Notes under the pieces: model-generated
What the model was told of the DNA's origin: nothing
The model's database searches: none
What the model saw: only the letters and a program-made list of their open reading frames with translations
Part shown: piece after piece, positions 49,903 through 63,759 of the stretch
Numbering within the stretch: position 1 is the stretch's first letter
Layout of the letters: each line of letters opens with the position of its first letter
Made by a program: the position numbers and the translations under genes
NCBI GenBank assembly: GCA_041484665.1
Contig: JBGPIA010000005.1
Coordinates: 128,001 to 192,000 of the forward strand
Source of the DNA: Candidatus Krumholzibacteriia bacterium
GTDB lineage: Bacteria > Krumholzibacteriota > Krumholzibacteriia > JAJRXK01
Direction of reading: 5' to 3'
DNA length: 64,000 nt

Positions 49903-50400
49903 TTACTGCCTGCGCTCGCACAGCTCCAGCAGCACGCCGCCGCTGGAGCGCGGGTGCACGAAGGCGATCATCTTGCCGTGCGCCCCCTGGCGGGGCTTGC
50001 GGTCGATCATTTCAAGCCCGGCCGCCTCGGCGGCACGGATGGCGGCCACGCAGTCGGGCACGCGCAGCGCGATGTGGTGCACGCCGCCGCCGCGCTTGGC
50101 AATGAACTTCGCCACCGGCGAGTCGGGATTCGAAGGCTCCAACAGCTCCAACAGCCCACCGCCACCCAGCTCGAGGATCGCGACCTTCACGCCGTCGTAG
50201 TCGACGGTTTCCTCTTCGACCAGCGGCAGTCCCAGCAGGTCGCGATACAGCGTCAGCCCCTCGCGCAGGCTGGGCACGGCGACGCCGATGTGATCCAGAC
50301 CGTGGGAGAGGGCTCGCAGCGCCGTGGGCAGCGTGTTCAGCGCCCGATCCACCTGCTCGGGGTCGAGCTTCAGCTGCGTCTTCTTCGCTGTTTCCTTCAT
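49903..50400 (-). CDS. mce: Methylmalonyl-CoA epimerase (alternative start at 50412)
   Basis: DHIGVAV, ELLEP, GGGVHHIAL, AFVHPRSSGGVLLELC. Confidence 0.93.
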   Translation of the reverse strand: MKETAKKTQLKLDPEQVDRALNTLPTALRALSHGLDHIGVAVPSLREGLTLYRDLLGLPLVEEETVDYDGVKVAILELGGGGLLELLEPSNPDSPVAKFIAKRGGGVHHIALRVPDCVAAIRAAEAAGLEMIDRKPRQGAHGKMIAFVHPRSSGGVLLELCERRQ

Positions 50401-50411
50401 CGGCTCCTTCA

Positions 50412-52087
<1,676 letters not shown>

Positions 52088-52091
<4 letters not shown>

Positions 52092-52780
52092 GACGCGCCC
52101 CCCGCGCCCCCCGCTCCGCGCGGCCGCCGCGGGGGGGCCGCCGGTCCGTCGGTGGGGCGTGGCCGCGCCGGTCCCGTGACCGCGGCCTGCGGCTCGCTCG
52201 TGCGGGGCGGCCGCAGCGTAACTGTTGCCAGCTCGTCTGCGCTTGGGGGCGGCAGGTCGGCGGGGTCGGCCAGGCGCAGCAGCACGGTGCCGCCCTCCAC
52301 TTTCTGGCCCGGCTTGACCAGCACCTCGCCCACAACCCCGGCACGGGGCGCGGCGAGCTCGTTCTGCATCTTCATCGCCTCGAGCACGATCAGGGGCTCG
52401 CCGGCCGCCACGCGCTGGCCCGGCTGCACCTTGATCGTCACCACCAGCCCGGGCATCTCCGCACGCAGCTCCGAGCGCCCCTCGTGCGTGCGCCGCGCGC
52501 CGCCGGCGGCTGCGGCCAGCTCGTCGAGCACCTCGACGTGCTCGCGCTGACCGTTGAGGAACGCGGCGCGCAGCCGCGGGCCCAGGCGCGCGATGTCCAC
52601 CAGGAACATGCGTCCCTCCTGGCGGATCGACACGCTGCGGCCGCCATCCAGGATGCGCAGGTCCTCGAAGCTGGACCCCCGCGCGGACTCCACGCGTACG
52701 CGGCCCGCAGCGTCGCGCACCACGGTTGCCCGGGCGTCCAGGCCGACGCGGCGGATGTGGTAGGTCTTGCGCAGCTCCAT
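52088..52780 (-). CDS. Biotin carboxyl carrier protein of acyl-CoA carboxylase
   Basis: [16 protein letters not shown] biotinylation motif; low-complexity C-terminal tail. Confidence 0.9.
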
Positions 52781-52831
52781 GATGATCTCGCCTGTCTTCG
52801 AAGGCTCACGGGCCCCAAACGGTCCGCACGC

Positions 52832-54535
52832 TCACTTCGGGCGCCGCTGCACCAGACTGCGGCCGGCCGTCCCCCAGCGCGAGAGGGGAGGGGGGACGCA
52901 CCCCGCCGGGCCGCTGACGCCGCCCGGCGCGCCACTCTCGCGACTCTCGCCGCGCGCGTCCCCCGCGCCGCCGGTGTCGCTCGTCCCGCCCGCGCCGGTC
53001 TCGGCCAGAGCCAGCGCCGCCGCCAGCGCGTCGAGCTCGTCGGCGCGCAGCTCGCGGCGCAGCTCGTCGGGCTTGAAGCGCTCGCCCAGGAAGTGCGTGG
53101 AGTACCGCCCGGCCAGGAACTCCGGCTGCTGCAGTACCCACTGGTGGAGCGGGACGTTGTGGGCGAACCCCAGCAGGCGGTACTCGGCGAGCGCCCGGCG
53201 CCCCCGGGCGATGGCCGCGGCGCGGCCCTCACCGTAGACGATCAGCTTGGCCAGCAGCGGATCGTAGTAGATCGGGATCTCGTAGCCCTCGCGGATTCCC
53301 AGGTCGTTGCGCACGCCCGCGCCCTGCGGCGGCTGCAGGCGGATCACCCGCCCCAGGCTGGGCGCGAAATCGCGCCAGGGGTCTTCGGCATAGATGCGGA
53401 ACTCGATGGCGTGCCCGCGCTGGCGCAGGTCCTCCTGCCGGAAGGGCAGCGGCTCGCCGGCGGCCACACGCACCATGGCGGCCACCAGGTCCACCCCCAC
53501 GACCCACTCGGTGACCGGGTGCTCCACCTGCAGGCGCGTATTCATTTCGAGGAAGTAGAAGTTGTCCTGCTCATCGACGATGAACTCGACCGTGCCCGCG
53601 CCGACGTAGCCCGCCGATTGGGCGGCCTTCACGGCGGCCGTGCACAGCTGCTGGCGCAGCGCCGGCCCAATCGACGGGCTCGGGCTCTCCTCGATCACCT
53701 TCTGGTGACGCCGCTGCACGCTGCACTCGCGCTCGAACAGGTGCACGCACTGTCCGTGGGTATCGGCCAGGATCTGCACCTCGATGTGGCGGGGGCGCTG
53801 CAGGGACTTCTCCATGAAGATCTCGCCGTCGCCGAATGCGCCCAGCGCTTCGCCCTGGGTGCGCTCCAGCGCGGTCGCCAGCAACTCCGGCCGCTGCACC
53901 ACGCGCATCCCCTTACCGCCGCCGCCCGCGGCGGCCTTGAGCATCACCGGGTAGCCGATGCGCTGGGCAAAGGCCTGCGCCTGCGCCAGGTCGCGCAGCG
54001 GCTCGGTCAGCCCCGGCACGACCGGCACGCCTGCCTGCTCCATGAGCCGGCGCGCGGCGATCTTGTTGCCCATTTTGCGCATGGGCTCCGGTGGCGGGCC
54101 GATGAACGTGAGCCCCGCGTCGGCCACCGCCTGGCTGAACTGCGGGTTCTCGCTGAGGAAGCCATAGCCAGGATGGATCGCGGTGGCGCCGCTGCGGCGC
54201 GCCGCCTCCAGCATGCGATCGATGCGCAGGTAGCTCTCTGCCGACGGCCCAGGTCCTACGGGCCAGGCCTCATCGGCTGTGATGGTGTGTAGCGCCTCGC
54301 GGTCGGGCTCGCTGTAGACGGCCACCGCGGTGATGCCCAGCTCGCGCAGCGCGTGCTGCACGCGCACGGAGATCTCACCGCGATTGGCAATCAGCACCTT
54401 CGAGAAGGGAGGGCGCTGCGGCGCCGGCGCCATCGACGCTGCGGCCGCCGTCCCCGGCGCCACCGAGCCTGCCGTTCGGGCGGCCGCCGCTCCCGGCGCG
54501 GGCGCGGCAGGGCGGCGGGTGCGCTGCGCGCTCAT
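52832..54535 (-). CDS. Biotin carboxylase subunit of propionyl/acetyl-CoA carboxylase
   Basis: [57 protein letters not shown]. Confidence 0.95.
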   Translation of the reverse strand: MSAQRTRRPAAPAPGAAAARTAGSVAPGTAAAASMAPAPQRPPFSKVLIANRGEISVRVQHALRELGITAVAVYSEPDREALHTITADEAWPVGPGPSAESYLRIDRMLEAARRSGATAIHPGYGFLSENPQFSQAVADAGLTFIGPPPEPMRKMGNKIAARRLMEQAGVPVVPGLTEPLRDLAQAQAFAQRIGYPVMLKAAAGGGGKGMRVVQRPELLATALERTQGEALGAFGDGEIFMEKSLQRPRHIEVQILADTHGQCVHLFERECSVQRRHQKVIEESPSPSIGPALRQQLCTAAVKAAQSAGYVGAGTVEFIVDEQDNFYFLEMNTRLQVEHPVTEWVVGVDLVAAMVRVAAGEPLPFRQEDLRQRGHAIEFRIYAEDPWRDFAPSLGRVIRLQPPQGAGVRNDLGIREGYEIPIYYDPLLAKLIVYGEGRAAAIARGRRALAEYRLLGFAHNVPLHQWVLQQPEFLAGRYSTHFLGERFKPDELRRELRADELDALAAALALAETGAGGTSDTGGAGDARGESRESGAPGGVSGPAGCVPPPLSRWGTAGRSLVQRRPK

Positions 54536-56088
54536 AGCGGGATGTTGCCGTGCTTCTTGCGGGGGAGCTCAGCGCGCTTGTTGCGCAGGCTGCGCAGGGC
54601 GGCGATCAAGCGCGCGCGCGTCTGCGCCGGCTCGATGATGTCGTCGAGATAGCCCAGGCTGGCCGCCACGTACGGGTTTACGAAGGTCGCCTGGTACTCG
54701 GCGATCTTCTGCTGGCGCACGGCCTCGGGGTCGGCGGCGGATTCGATCTCACGCCGGTAGAGGATGTTCACGGCCCCATCGGGGCCCATCACCGCCAGCT
54801 CCGCCGTCGGCCAGGCGACGTTCCAGTCCCCGCGGATGTGCTTGGAGCTCATGACGTCGTACGCGCCGCCGTAGGCCTTGCGGGTAATCACCGTCAGCTT
54901 GGGTACGGTGGCCTCGCAGTAGGCGTAGAGCAGCTTGGCTCCGTGCTTGATCAGCCCGCCGAACTCCTGCTGCGTGCCGGGCAGGAAGCCTGGCACGTCC
55001 TCGAAGGTCACCAGCGGGACGTTGAAGCAGTCGCAGGTGCGCACGAAGCGCGCGCCCTTGAGGCTGGCATCGATGTCCAGCACGCCGGCCAGCTGCCGGG
55101 GTTGATTGCCGACGATGCCCACCGCCTGGCCGCCCAGGCGCGCGAATCCCACGACGATGTTGGGGGCGTACTCGGGATGGATCTCGAAGAACTCCCCGTC
55201 GTCGACCACCAGTCCAACGACATCCTTCATGTCGTACGGCTGCCGGGGATCGTCGGGGACGACACCGTTGAGGCGCGACTCCCGCCGGTCGACCGGATCG
55301 CGGCAGACCGTCACCGGTGGGTCTTCCAGGTTGTTCTGGGGCAGATAGCTCAGCAGCTTCTTCACCAGCAGCAGGCACTGCTGGTCATTGGCCGCGCGCA
55401 GGTGGGCCACGCCGCTCTTGCTGTTGTGCGTGCGCGCGCCGCCCAGCTCCTCGGCGGTCACCTCCTCGTTGGTGACCATCTTGATCACGTTGGGGCCCGT
55501 GACGAACATGTGGCTCGTGCCGTCCACCATGATCGTGAAATCGGTGATCGCGGGGCTGTACACCGCGCCGCCGGCGCAGGGCCCCATGATGGCGCTGATC
55601 TGGGGCACCACGCCCGAGGCCATGGTATTGCGCCAGAAGATCTCGGCGTAACCCGCCAGGCTCTGCACGCCCTCTTGGATGCGCGCGCCTCCGCTGTCGT
55701 TGAGGCCGACCAACGGGCAGCCATTCTCCAGCGCCTGGTCCATCAGGCGGCAGACCTTCTCGGCGTTGGCCTCGCTCATGCTGCCGCCAAAGACGGTGAA
55801 GTCCTGGGCGAAGACGTAGACCTGCCGTCCGTCGATCTGCCCGACGCCGGTCACCATGCCGTCACCGGGCGGCTGGTTGGACGCCATCCCCAGATCGGTG
55901 CAGCGGTGCGTCACGAACACGCCCGTCTCCTGGAAGCTGTCCGGGTCCAGCAGCAGGTGGATGCGCTCGCGCGCCGTGAGGCGGCCCGAGGCGTGGATCT
56001 TATCGATCCGCTCCTGGCCGCCGCCGAGCATGGCCAACTCGCGGTGGCGGTTCAGCTCCGCGAGCCGCTCCTGGAACTTTTCACCCAT
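54532..56088 (-). CDS. pccB: Propionyl-CoA carboxylase carboxyltransferase (beta) subunit
   Basis: [55 protein letters not shown]. Confidence 0.93.
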   Translation of the reverse strand: MGEKFQERLAELNRHRELAMLGGGQERIDKIHASGRLTARERIHLLLDPDSFQETGVFVTHRCTDLGMASNQPPGDGMVTGVGQIDGRQVYVFAQDFTVFGGSMSEANAEKVCRLMDQALENGCPLVGLNDSGGARIQEGVQSLAGYAEIFWRNTMASGVVPQISAIMGPCAGGAVYSPAITDFTIMVDGTSHMFVTGPNVIKMVTNEEVTAEELGGARTHNSKSGVAHLRAANDQQCLLLVKKLLSYLPQNNLEDPPVTVCRDPVDRRESRLNGVVPDDPRQPYDMKDVVGLVVDDGEFFEIHPEYAPNIVVGFARLGGQAVGIVGNQPRQLAGVLDIDASLKGARFVRTCDCFNVPLVTFEDVPGFLPGTQQEFGGLIKHGAKLLYAYCEATVPKLTVITRKAYGGAYDVMSSKHIRGDWNVAWPTAELAVMGPDGAVNILYRREIESAADPEAVRQQKIAEYQATFVNPYVAASLGYLDDIIEPAQTRARLIAALRSLRNKRAELPRKKHGNIPL

Positions 56089-56377
56089 CGTGTGGTCCGG
56101 TTCCCCGGTTTCTGGTTGGTCCACGGCGCAGGTCCACGAGAGGCCGCCCATGGGTCCGAGGTGGTGGACGGCCGCGTCGAGTCCGCGCCAGCGCGGGCCG
56201 CGGGTCACGCGGACGTGCGGGCGGGACAGGGCTCTCCCGCTTGGCCCGCGGCCGTCACGCGCGGCCCTCGGCGGCTCGAACGCCAAGAATACCAAGGGGA
56301 ATCGGTGCCGCCCACCGGCAAGTGAGCCCGTCCCAGCTTGCGAGGCGGATGCCCGCCCCGGGGGACGCGGTGGGGTT

Positions 56378-59167
56378 CTACTCGACCTGCAGCACCGAGT
56401 TGCGCCCGCCGAACCCGTCGGAGACCGCCGCGGGGTTCTCCGGGTCGGCGATCCAGTGGTCGCCGTCGATGGCGAGCTTGTACTCGAAGCGACCCGGGCC
56501 CAGGCGTACCTCGGCGCGCCAGCGCCCGTTCCCCAGGGCGGCCATGGGCGTCGCTGCGGGAGACCAGCCGTTGAAACTCCCCACCACCGCCACCGTCCGG
56601 GCAGCCGGGTTGACGTAGGTGATGGGCACCAGGCGCACCTCCGTGCGTGCCCGGTTCTCCGGGGTCGCGGGCCGCGCGGGCTGCCCGCTGATGTAGGCGT
56701 AGCCGTCCATGAGGTGCTCGAGTTCGTTGCTCACCGAGTGCAGCGGCCCCTGGTCGACGTCAGCGAACTGCAGGCGGAAGCGGGCGCGGCGGCCGGCGCC
56801 ACCGGCGACCTTCACCAGCACGTAGTTGGTTCCGATCGCGAAGCCAGCGTCGGCTTGGGTCTGCCGGCGAAAGCCCTCCAGCCGCGCCACCTCCTCACCG
56901 GCGATCCGCACCAACGCGGGGGAGTCGCACTCCAGCCGGACGGTGGCTTCGCGCGTGGAGGTGGTCAGCGCCGTGAGGGCGTACCACACGCCAGCCGGCC
57001 CGGACGCGTCGGCCAGGGTGATCCAGCCGTCCTCCTCCAAACGTGTCGATGGCAGGTGCTGCCAGTGCGCCGGCCCCGCTGGCGCCGGGTAGCCCTCCCC
57101 CAGATCGATCGCTCCGTCGGGGCCCTGGCGCGCGTTGATGGCCGCGGCCATACCGGTCCAATCATTGGGCCCGGCCGCTGGGCTCTCGAAGGGACCGATC
57201 CACAGCCACCGGAAGTGGACCGGCACCTGCGTTTCCAGAGTCGAGATCAGGCGCGTCGCGTCGTGGAAGCGCCACTGCACCGCGACCAGCCCCGGCGCGA
57301 GCAACGGCGGCGGCGCGAGCTGCAACGTCCAGGTCCGCTGCTCGCCCGGGCCGAGCGTGAAGTCGGCTTCGCTGGCGGGACTCACCACCCACTCGGTCGG
57401 CGCCATCAGCTCGAAGCGGCCAGCCTGCTCGTTCTCGACCTGGTTGGCGATCTCGACCTCGCAGACGGTCCGCGGCGGGCTGGCCTCCTCGGCCACGATC
57501 CGGACGCTCGCGCGCAGCGCCTCGACGACGGAGGTGCCGGGCGCGTAGGCCGGGCGCCCGTGGGGGCCGCGCAGGACCAGCCACCAGAATCCGGTCCGGT
57601 CGGGCAGCGGCGGGAGCTGCCCGCGCAGCTCCAGGGTGTCTTGCAGCACGACCGCCACGGGCGAGGCCGCCATGAGCGTCGTGCCGTTGGTCCAGGTCGC
57701 CGACCAGCTCCCTTGCGCCGCGTTGACAGCGTCGGCGCCGGAACGGTACCGCACGTGGAGCAGCGGGCTGGCACCTCGCGCCGTCACGTGCGGGAGTACT
57801 TCCGCCGCGTAGGCCGCGTCCACCGTCGGGCGCAGCAGCAGCTGGATCGCGTCCTCCGCCAGGCGGTCCAGCGCGTCGCCCATCCACTGCGCGAGATCCT
57901 CGTCGCGCCAGCCGAAGGCCGCGGCCTTCGCATCGCCGTTGGGCGAGCGGGTGGTCATGCGCCCCGCCGCGAAGCGGTTGCGGCGCTCGACCGGATTGAA
58001 CGACCGCCACTGCTCCGCGCGGGCGACCAGCACGTGGGCCAGCGAGTCCGCGCCCGTCCCCGCGCCTGGATCAGGCCGCTGCATCAGTGCCAGCGTCTCG
58101 TCGCGCTCCAGCGGCTGCAGCACGAGCGCGCGCGACAACAGCTCCACGATGGACCGGGTGCGCAGCAGCGGCTGCCACCGCCCCGGCCGCGCCGGAGCCG
58201 TCACCGCCGTTACGGTGGCGCCCGCGCTCGTCGTCGCGCCCCCGCCCAAGCCCTTGCTCGAGACGCCCCCCGTCGCGGCCCAAAGCCGCAGCGGGACCCG
58301 ATCCCGATTGGGCAGGCCGTGGGCGCGCAGGGCTTGATCGGTCAGCTCGACGAGCTCTGGATCGTAGAGGGCGGCGATCGCCGTGCGCAGCAAGGCGGCC
58401 GTCTGCTCCGCGGTGAACAGACTGAGCTCGGGATGCCGCGGCCAGTCGGCCTTGGGGTCCAGCCGCCGGATCGCGCGGCCGGTGCGCTGGGCCTGCGAAA
58501 CGCTGACATCGTTGCCGACCAGCAGCGACTCGGCGGTCGCGGTCGCCCGCGCGTGCACCGTGGGCGCCTCGAGCGCCAGCGGCAGGAGGCAACCCAGCGA
58601 CAGCGGCTCGTCGATCAACCGGCCCGCGGTGTCCAGCGCGGCGTACCCGCCAGTCTGCGGATCGTACAGCTGCGCCATCATGTGGCGGTGGACGAGCGCG
58701 CGCTCCCGCCACCAGACCAGCGCGTCGAAGAAGTACTCCCGCCGCGCGGCCATCTCGGCTAAGGCCTCCGCGTAGACCAGCTGCAATCCCGGCAGGACCG
58801 CTGCGGTCCGGCACCCTTTCAGACCTGCAGCGCGCAGCACGCGTGCGTCCTCGCGCCACAGCCCGCCGTTCTGGGGGTCGAGGTGGCGGCCCAGCCAGAA
58901 ATGCCACCGCGCCAGAGCGCGGTAGGTGTTCTCATCGGGGGGCAAGCCGGCCCGCTCGGCCTCGGTCACCGCCGCCGCGAGCAGCGGCAGCTGGGCCGTG
59001 TTGAAGCTGCGGGCCATGGTGTCCAGGTCGCCGGCAGCACCCTGCGCGCTGGTGACGAAGAATGGCCGCAGGGCAGAGAGATCCTGCGCCGGCGCCGCCA
59101 CGGCCGCACCGCTGAAGAGGGCCAGCGCCAGGGGAATAGCTGGGAACAGACGGATCGCGCGCGCCAT
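56378..59167 (-). CDS. Large secreted multidomain carbohydrate-active-like protein with a C-terminal glycogen-binding (CBM48/AMPK-beta-like) domain
   Basis: Signal peptide; C-terminal V.VVGSFNGW...W...L.PG..EYK..IDG..W..DP.NP....DGFGG.NS; NEW3-like and jelly-roll-like segments. Confidence 0.75.
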   Translation of the reverse strand: MARAIRLFPAIPLALALFSGAAVAAPAQDLSALRPFFVTSAQGAAGDLDTMARSFNTAQLPLLAAAVTEAERAGLPPDENTYRALARWHFWLGRHLDPQNGGLWREDARVLRAAGLKGCRTAAVLPGLQLVYAEALAEMAARREYFFDALVWWRERALVHRHMMAQLYDPQTGGYAALDTAGRLIDEPLSLGCLLPLALEAPTVHARATATAESLLVGNDVSVSQAQRTGRAIRRLDPKADWPRHPELSLFTAEQTAALLRTAIAALYDPELVELTDQALRAHGLPNRDRVPLRLWAATGGVSSKGLGGGATTSAGATVTAVTAPARPGRWQPLLRTRSIVELLSRALVLQPLERDETLALMQRPDPGAGTGADSLAHVLVARAEQWRSFNPVERRNRFAAGRMTTRSPNGDAKAAAFGWRDEDLAQWMGDALDRLAEDAIQLLLRPTVDAAYAAEVLPHVTARGASPLLHVRYRSGADAVNAAQGSWSATWTNGTTLMAASPVAVVLQDTLELRGQLPPLPDRTGFWWLVLRGPHGRPAYAPGTSVVEALRASVRIVAEEASPPRTVCEVEIANQVENEQAGRFELMAPTEWVVSPASEADFTLGPGEQRTWTLQLAPPPLLAPGLVAVQWRFHDATRLISTLETQVPVHFRWLWIGPFESPAAGPNDWTGMAAAINARQGPDGAIDLGEGYPAPAGPAHWQHLPSTRLEEDGWITLADASGPAGVWYALTALTTSTREATVRLECDSPALVRIAGEEVARLEGFRRQTQADAGFAIGTNYVLVKVAGGAGRRARFRLQFADVDQGPLHSVSNELEHLMDGYAYISGQPARPATPENRARTEVRLVPITYVNPAARTVAVVGSFNGWSPAATPMAALGNGRWRAEVRLGPGRFEYKLAIDGDHWIADPENPAAVSDGFGGRNSVLQVE

Positions 59168-59268
59168 TATCGGCCCCAAGTGGCTGCAAGCGGCAGGCCA
59201 GAGGCCCTTGTCTCCACGTAGGTTTGCTGCTTGGATGGGACGTCACCCCCCATCCCCCCGGAGCCACC

Positions 59269-60450
59269 GTGAGTGCATCGCTTCCGCCTCTGGCCCAGGT
59301 TGCCGCTGCCGCGCGTACGCCGATCGGACGCTACCTGGGCACCCTGTCCGATCGCACCGCCGTGGAGCTGGGTGTTCATGCGGTGACGGCCGCCCTGGAG
59401 CGCGCCCAGGTGGAGCCGCGGTCGGTGGACCTGCTCGTGTTCGGGCTGGCCCGCGGGGCCGGCACCGGACCCAACCCGGCGCGGCAGGTGAGCGTGCGTG
59501 CTGGACTTGCGCACACGACGCCGGCCTACACCGTGAACATGGCCTGCGCCAGCAGCAGCCAGGCGATTCTGGAAGGCGTCGCGGCGCTGGCGCTGGGCAG
59601 GGCGCGTCGCGTGGTGGTGGGGGGGATGGAGAGCATGAGCAACGTCCCGTACCTGCTTCCCAAAGCGCGCACGGGGTATCGCATGGGCCACGCGCCACTG
59701 GTGGACGCCATGTACCAGGACGGTTTCCACTGCCCGCTCGCCGATCAGCTCATGGGCGCCACCGCCGAGACGCTGGCCCGCGAATACGGGATCAGCCGGC
59801 GCGAGCAGGACGCCTACGCGCTGGAGAGCCAGCGGCGCGCCGGGGTGGCGTGGAGCGCGGGGGAGTTCAACGATGAGATCGCGCCGGTGCCGGCCGACGG
59901 CCCGCGGGCGGGTCTGGACCGCGACGAGCATCCGCGGCCCGACACCACCCTCGAGGCGCTGGCCAAGCTGCCGGCCGTGTTCGCCCAGGACGGCACGGTG
60001 ACGGCCGGCTCGAGCAGCGGCCTCACCGATGGGGCGGTGGCGCTGGTCCTGGAGCCGCCCGGCGCGCGCCGCGACGCTCTGGCGGAAATCGTCGATTACG
60101 AGGTGGCCGGCGTGGATCCAGCGCGCATGGGGATCGGTCCGGTGCCCGCCACGCGGCGGCTGCTGGCGCGCACCGGCCTGCACCTGTCCGACATCGGCCT
60201 GGTGGAGCTCAACGAGGCGTTCGCAGCGCAGGTGCTTGCCTGCGCGCGTGACCTCCAGCTCGATCTGACCCGCACCAACGTCCGGGGAGGCGCGATCGCG
60301 CTGGGCCATCCCATCGGCGCCACCGGCGCGCGCATCACCACGACCCTCATCCACGCCATGCGTGACCGTGGGGCCCGCCTGGGGCTCTCCACCCTCTGCG
60401 TGAGCGGTGGCATGGGCGTCTCCATCCTGCTGAGGCAGCCCGTCAGCTGA
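59269..60450 (+). CDS. Thiolase (acetyl-CoA acyltransferase), second paralog
   Basis: [33 protein letters not shown]. Confidence 0.93.
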   Translation: MSASLPPLAQVAAAARTPIGRYLGTLSDRTAVELGVHAVTAALERAQVEPRSVDLLVFGLARGAGTGPNPARQVSVRAGLAHTTPAYTVNMACASSSQAILEGVAALALGRARRVVVGGMESMSNVPYLLPKARTGYRMGHAPLVDAMYQDGFHCPLADQLMGATAETLAREYGISRREQDAYALESQRRAGVAWSAGEFNDEIAPVPADGPRAGLDRDEHPRPDTTLEALAKLPAVFAQDGTVTAGSSSGLTDGAVALVLEPPGARRDALAEIVDYEVAGVDPARMGIGPVPATRRLLARTGLHLSDIGLVELNEAFAAQVLACARDLQLDLTRTNVRGGAIALGHPIGATGARITTTLIHAMRDRGARLGLSTLCVSGGMGVSILLRQPVS

Positions 60451-60748
60451 GGGCTGGTGCCTGCGGACTCCTCCGCAGGCCGCTGCGCGGGTTCACGCTC
60501 CCAAGCGCTTCCCGTCGCGGGGCCACGGCGCGCCGCGCCCCTGCGATCCTCACGCACCCATGCCGCTCGGCGCGGTCACGACGTGGCAGACCGCCTGGAG
60601 CAAGCGCCGTGCAGCCGCCACCGTGCAGCGCGAGCGGCGTCTGGTGGGCGAGCGCCCGGCGGCGCATGCGCCTCTCCCTCGCGGGGCCGCCGCTGCGATA
60701 GACTCCATGTCACGCGAATCGAGCTCGACACCTCCAGGAGACGCATCG

Positions 60749-61822
60749 ATGTTCGCACCCCGATCGTTGGCCGCGGACGCGCGGCCGGGTCGCACGCCGC
60801 TGCTGCCTGCCCCGGCCCTGCCGCTGGCCTGCGCCCTGCTGCTTGCGCCGGCCTTGCTGCTCGCGCCCGCGCTGAGGCCGGCTCCGGCGCTCGCCTCCAA
60901 GCCCGTCGATGCCAAGGTCCTCGCGGCCAAGGCGGTCGTGCAGGACGGCGGCTATGCGCCGCGGCCAGGCGCGTTCGCCACGGTCTTGACCGAGAGCGAG
61001 CCCAACGACACTCCGGCCACCGCCAACCCCGTTGCCGTCGGGGAGTCGATCGAGGCGGCGCTCACCAGTGGCGACGTGGACTGGTTCCGCGTGACGGCAA
61101 CTGCCGGTGAGTACTTCACCCTCTCCACCTCCGCGCGCGACGGGAGCTTCACCGACACGGTGATGCGCGCCGTGGGGTCCGATGGCGCTACCCAGCTCGC
61201 GACGGACGACGATGCGGGCGCCGGTCTGTTCTCCGCGCTGGAGCATTTCCTCTGCCCGGCCGGGGGAGTCATCTACGTCGAGGTCCGGCACTTCAGTCAA
61301 AGCGGGCAGGGCGCGTATCTCTTCGGCGTCGAACCCGGCAGGCCGCCTCTGCCGGCTCCCGCCAACGATGCCCGCGGTGGCGCCGTCGTCGTCCAGTGCA
61401 CTAGCGTGACCTCCGGCACCACTCGCGGGGCGGCCAGCGACGTGAGCAACGACGACGTCGCATGCGTTCCCTACGCGCCCAACGGGGGCGACGTGTTCTA
61501 TCGCGTGGCAGTTCCTTACAGCTACCAACTCACGGTCCAGGCCTCCACGGCGACCAGCACCGACCCCTCGCTTTACCTGCTCGTGGACTGGGGGGCGGGG
61601 GCCCTCACCTGCATCGCCGGCTCCGACGCCGGGTTCGTCGACGAGGACGAGTTGGTCAGCTTCGTCAACGACCACCCGGGTGATCCCCCGATGGTCACGA
61701 TCGTCGTGGACAGCTGGAGCGCGCGGAGCGAGGGCGAGTTCACGTTGGCGGTCTCGTGCGAGTTCCTGGTCCCCATCCAGCAGTCCACGTGGGGCGCGCT
61801 GAAGGCCGTATACGGGGAGTGA
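60749..61822 (+). CDS. Secreted protein with a PPC-like beta-sandwich, a Cys-rich domain and a C-terminal TWGALKAVY motif
   Basis: SD AGGAG; signal ending ALA; ESEPND, DVDWF, DT.M, DDDAG.GLFS; ND...GTT...DVFY; tail VPIQQSTWGALKAVYGE*. Confidence 0.8.
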   Translation: MFAPRSLAADARPGRTPLLPAPALPLACALLLAPALLLAPALRPAPALASKPVDAKVLAAKAVVQDGGYAPRPGAFATVLTESEPNDTPATANPVAVGESIEAALTSGDVDWFRVTATAGEYFTLSTSARDGSFTDTVMRAVGSDGATQLATDDDAGAGLFSALEHFLCPAGGVIYVEVRHFSQSGQGAYLFGVEPGRPPLPAPANDARGGAVVVQCTSVTSGTTRGAASDVSNDDVACVPYAPNGGDVFYRVAVPYSYQLTVQASTATSTDPSLYLLVDWGAGALTCIAGSDAGFVDEDELVSFVNDHPGDPPMVTIVVDSWSARSEGEFTLAVSCEFLVPIQQSTWGALKAVYGE

Positions 61823-61929
61823 GCCTGCGCCGGGAACCCCGCCGGCGCTCCGTTTGGGTCTGCAGCTGTTGCTTGCGCGGTTGCCCCCGCGGTTGCCCGC
61901 ACCCGCGGCTGGGCTCCCCCTGATTCTGA

Positions 61930-61992
61930 TTATGTGATGGGCCGCCGGAGCATCCGGCGGCCTTCATAACCCTGCCCGGACGGGCGTTTTTT
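61930..61992 (+). terminator. Tandem hairpins; the second is followed by a T-tract (putative intrinsic terminator)
   Basis: GGCCGCCGGA-GCA-TCCGGCGGCC (61940-61962), then GCCC-GGAC-GGGC followed by GTTTTTT. Confidence 0.5.
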
Positions 61993-62245
61993 CCCTCGCA
62001 TCGGCACTTGGCAGTTGTTCCGCGAGCGGGCCGCCCTCTATACTGGCCATGCCTTCTCGTGGGACCCCGGTCCAGTCCGCGTACCTGAAGTCAGGTCGTT
62101 CTCGCCGAGGAGGTGGACATCCGAGCCAACGGCTGGAAGAGGCTGCGACACCGCGCGCCCGCACCGGATCCACCCGCTGGATCCCCTCCGGCTTGTCAGC
62201 TCGCCGTGGGCCCCTGATCTGATTTCCCACCGACCGGAGGTGTTC

Positions 62246-63256
62246 ATGCGTGCATCTTGGTCACGGTTGATCCTCGCAGCGCTGTGTCTGGCTCTATTTG
62301 CGACGGCCGCGTTTGCCGAGGACGAATTGCAGTTCAAGGCCCGTATCGACAAGCTGGCGGAAGCCGCTCGGTTCACGCCGGATTTCAGCATTCCGCTGGC
62401 CGTCATCAACGAGACCGAGCCCAACAACTCGTGCGCCGCGCCCGATCCGGCGGCCATGCTCGCCGGCCAGATCAACGCGACGCTCTCACCGGCAGGCGAC
62501 GAGGACTGGTTCTACTTCAACGGCGCGGCCGGCCAGTGCCTGACGCTGGCCACCGCCTCGGTGGCCGGCAGCACGACCGACACGCAACTCTACCTGTACG
62601 ACGCAGCTAGCTGTGGCAGCCCGGCTGCCTATCTGGTCTGGGACGACGACGCAGGCCCCGGCCTGTTCTCGTTGATCAGTGCCTTCCCGCTGCCCGCGGC
62701 GGGCACGTACTACGTCCGGGTCAAGCACTACAGCGCCTCGGGGACGGGAGCCTATCTCCTCACGACAACGCTGGCTGCTTGCCCCTCGGCTCCGCCCAAC
62801 GACCTGTGCGCCCATGCGATCCCGGTGCACTGCAACTCGCTGGTGCAGGGCACGACGGAGAACGCGACCAACAACATCACCGAGAATGTGTCCAACCCGT
62901 GCGTCATCGGTTCCTCGGCCGCCGGACCGGACGTGTTCTACTCGATCTGCGTGCCCAACGGCGTCCAGCTCCAGACGGTGACGACTCCGTTGTCGATCTG
63001 GGATCCGGCGATCTGGTTCGTTACCAACTGCAATGATGCGACGACCTGCGTCGCCGGGACCGATGTGGGATTCTCGGGCGATCCCGAGACTCTCGACTGG
63101 ACCAACGACACCGGCGCCGAGGTCTGCCTGTACATCGTGCTGGACAGCTGGACGGCCAGCCAGGTCGGTGCCTTTACCATCGAGATCGGCTGCCAGCAGG
63201 TCGTCCCGGACGTCAAGTCGAGCTGGGGCACCATCAAGGCGCACTACAAGAACTAG
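62246..63256 (+). CDS. Secreted paralog of the preceding gene with a C-terminal SWGTIKAHY motif
   Basis: SD GGAGG; signal ending AFA; ETEPNN, DEDWF, DDDAGPGLFS, PNDLC, GPDVFY; tail VPDVKSSWGTIKAHYKN*. Confidence 0.85.
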   Translation: MRASWSRLILAALCLALFATAAFAEDELQFKARIDKLAEAARFTPDFSIPLAVINETEPNNSCAAPDPAAMLAGQINATLSPAGDEDWFYFNGAAGQCLTLATASVAGSTTDTQLYLYDAASCGSPAAYLVWDDDAGPGLFSLISAFPLPAAGTYYVRVKHYSASGTGAYLLTTTLAACPSAPPNDLCAHAIPVHCNSLVQGTTENATNNITENVSNPCVIGSSAAGPDVFYSICVPNGVQLQTVTTPLSIWDPAIWFVTNCNDATTCVAGTDVGFSGDPETLDWTNDTGAEVCLYIVLDSWTASQVGAFTIEIGCQQVVPDVKSSWGTIKAHYKN

Positions 63257-63759
63257 CGCCGACCGCAAGCGTGCCGAGCGGGCGACTGGCTCCCCCGCCG
63301 GCCGCCCGGCGCGGCGCGGGAGTGCCTGCGGCGTCACGCCGGCTTCGAGCATGTGGATGTCGAGCGGGCCGGGTCCTCCCGGCCCGCTCGCGTTGGATGC
63401 CTGCCGCAACTCCAGCGCGGGCCCGTTGAGCCGCCTCCCTTCCATCCCGTATGCTCGTGGCCAAGACTCGAGCGGGCGCGCCACCTGGCCTCGAACCAGC
63501 GGTCCTTGGTGGCTTGCGAAGCGTGCGCCCGTCCTGGCAGTTGTCCGCCCGCCGGGCGGATGCTCGCCCTGCACCATCGAAAGGCAGCTGGCTCGCCATA
63601 TTCCCCAGCACGCGCTGCTCGTCACCGTTGCTTCGCGGCGCTCGATCCCGCTGCACCAGCCTCTGCGGCCGTCGCGTCCTGTCCCTTGGCCACGGTTGGC
63701 TCCGCCGTATCACGGGTTCCGTCCCTTCCACCCCGTCGCGCCGGTGGGCCCTGCGGGCC

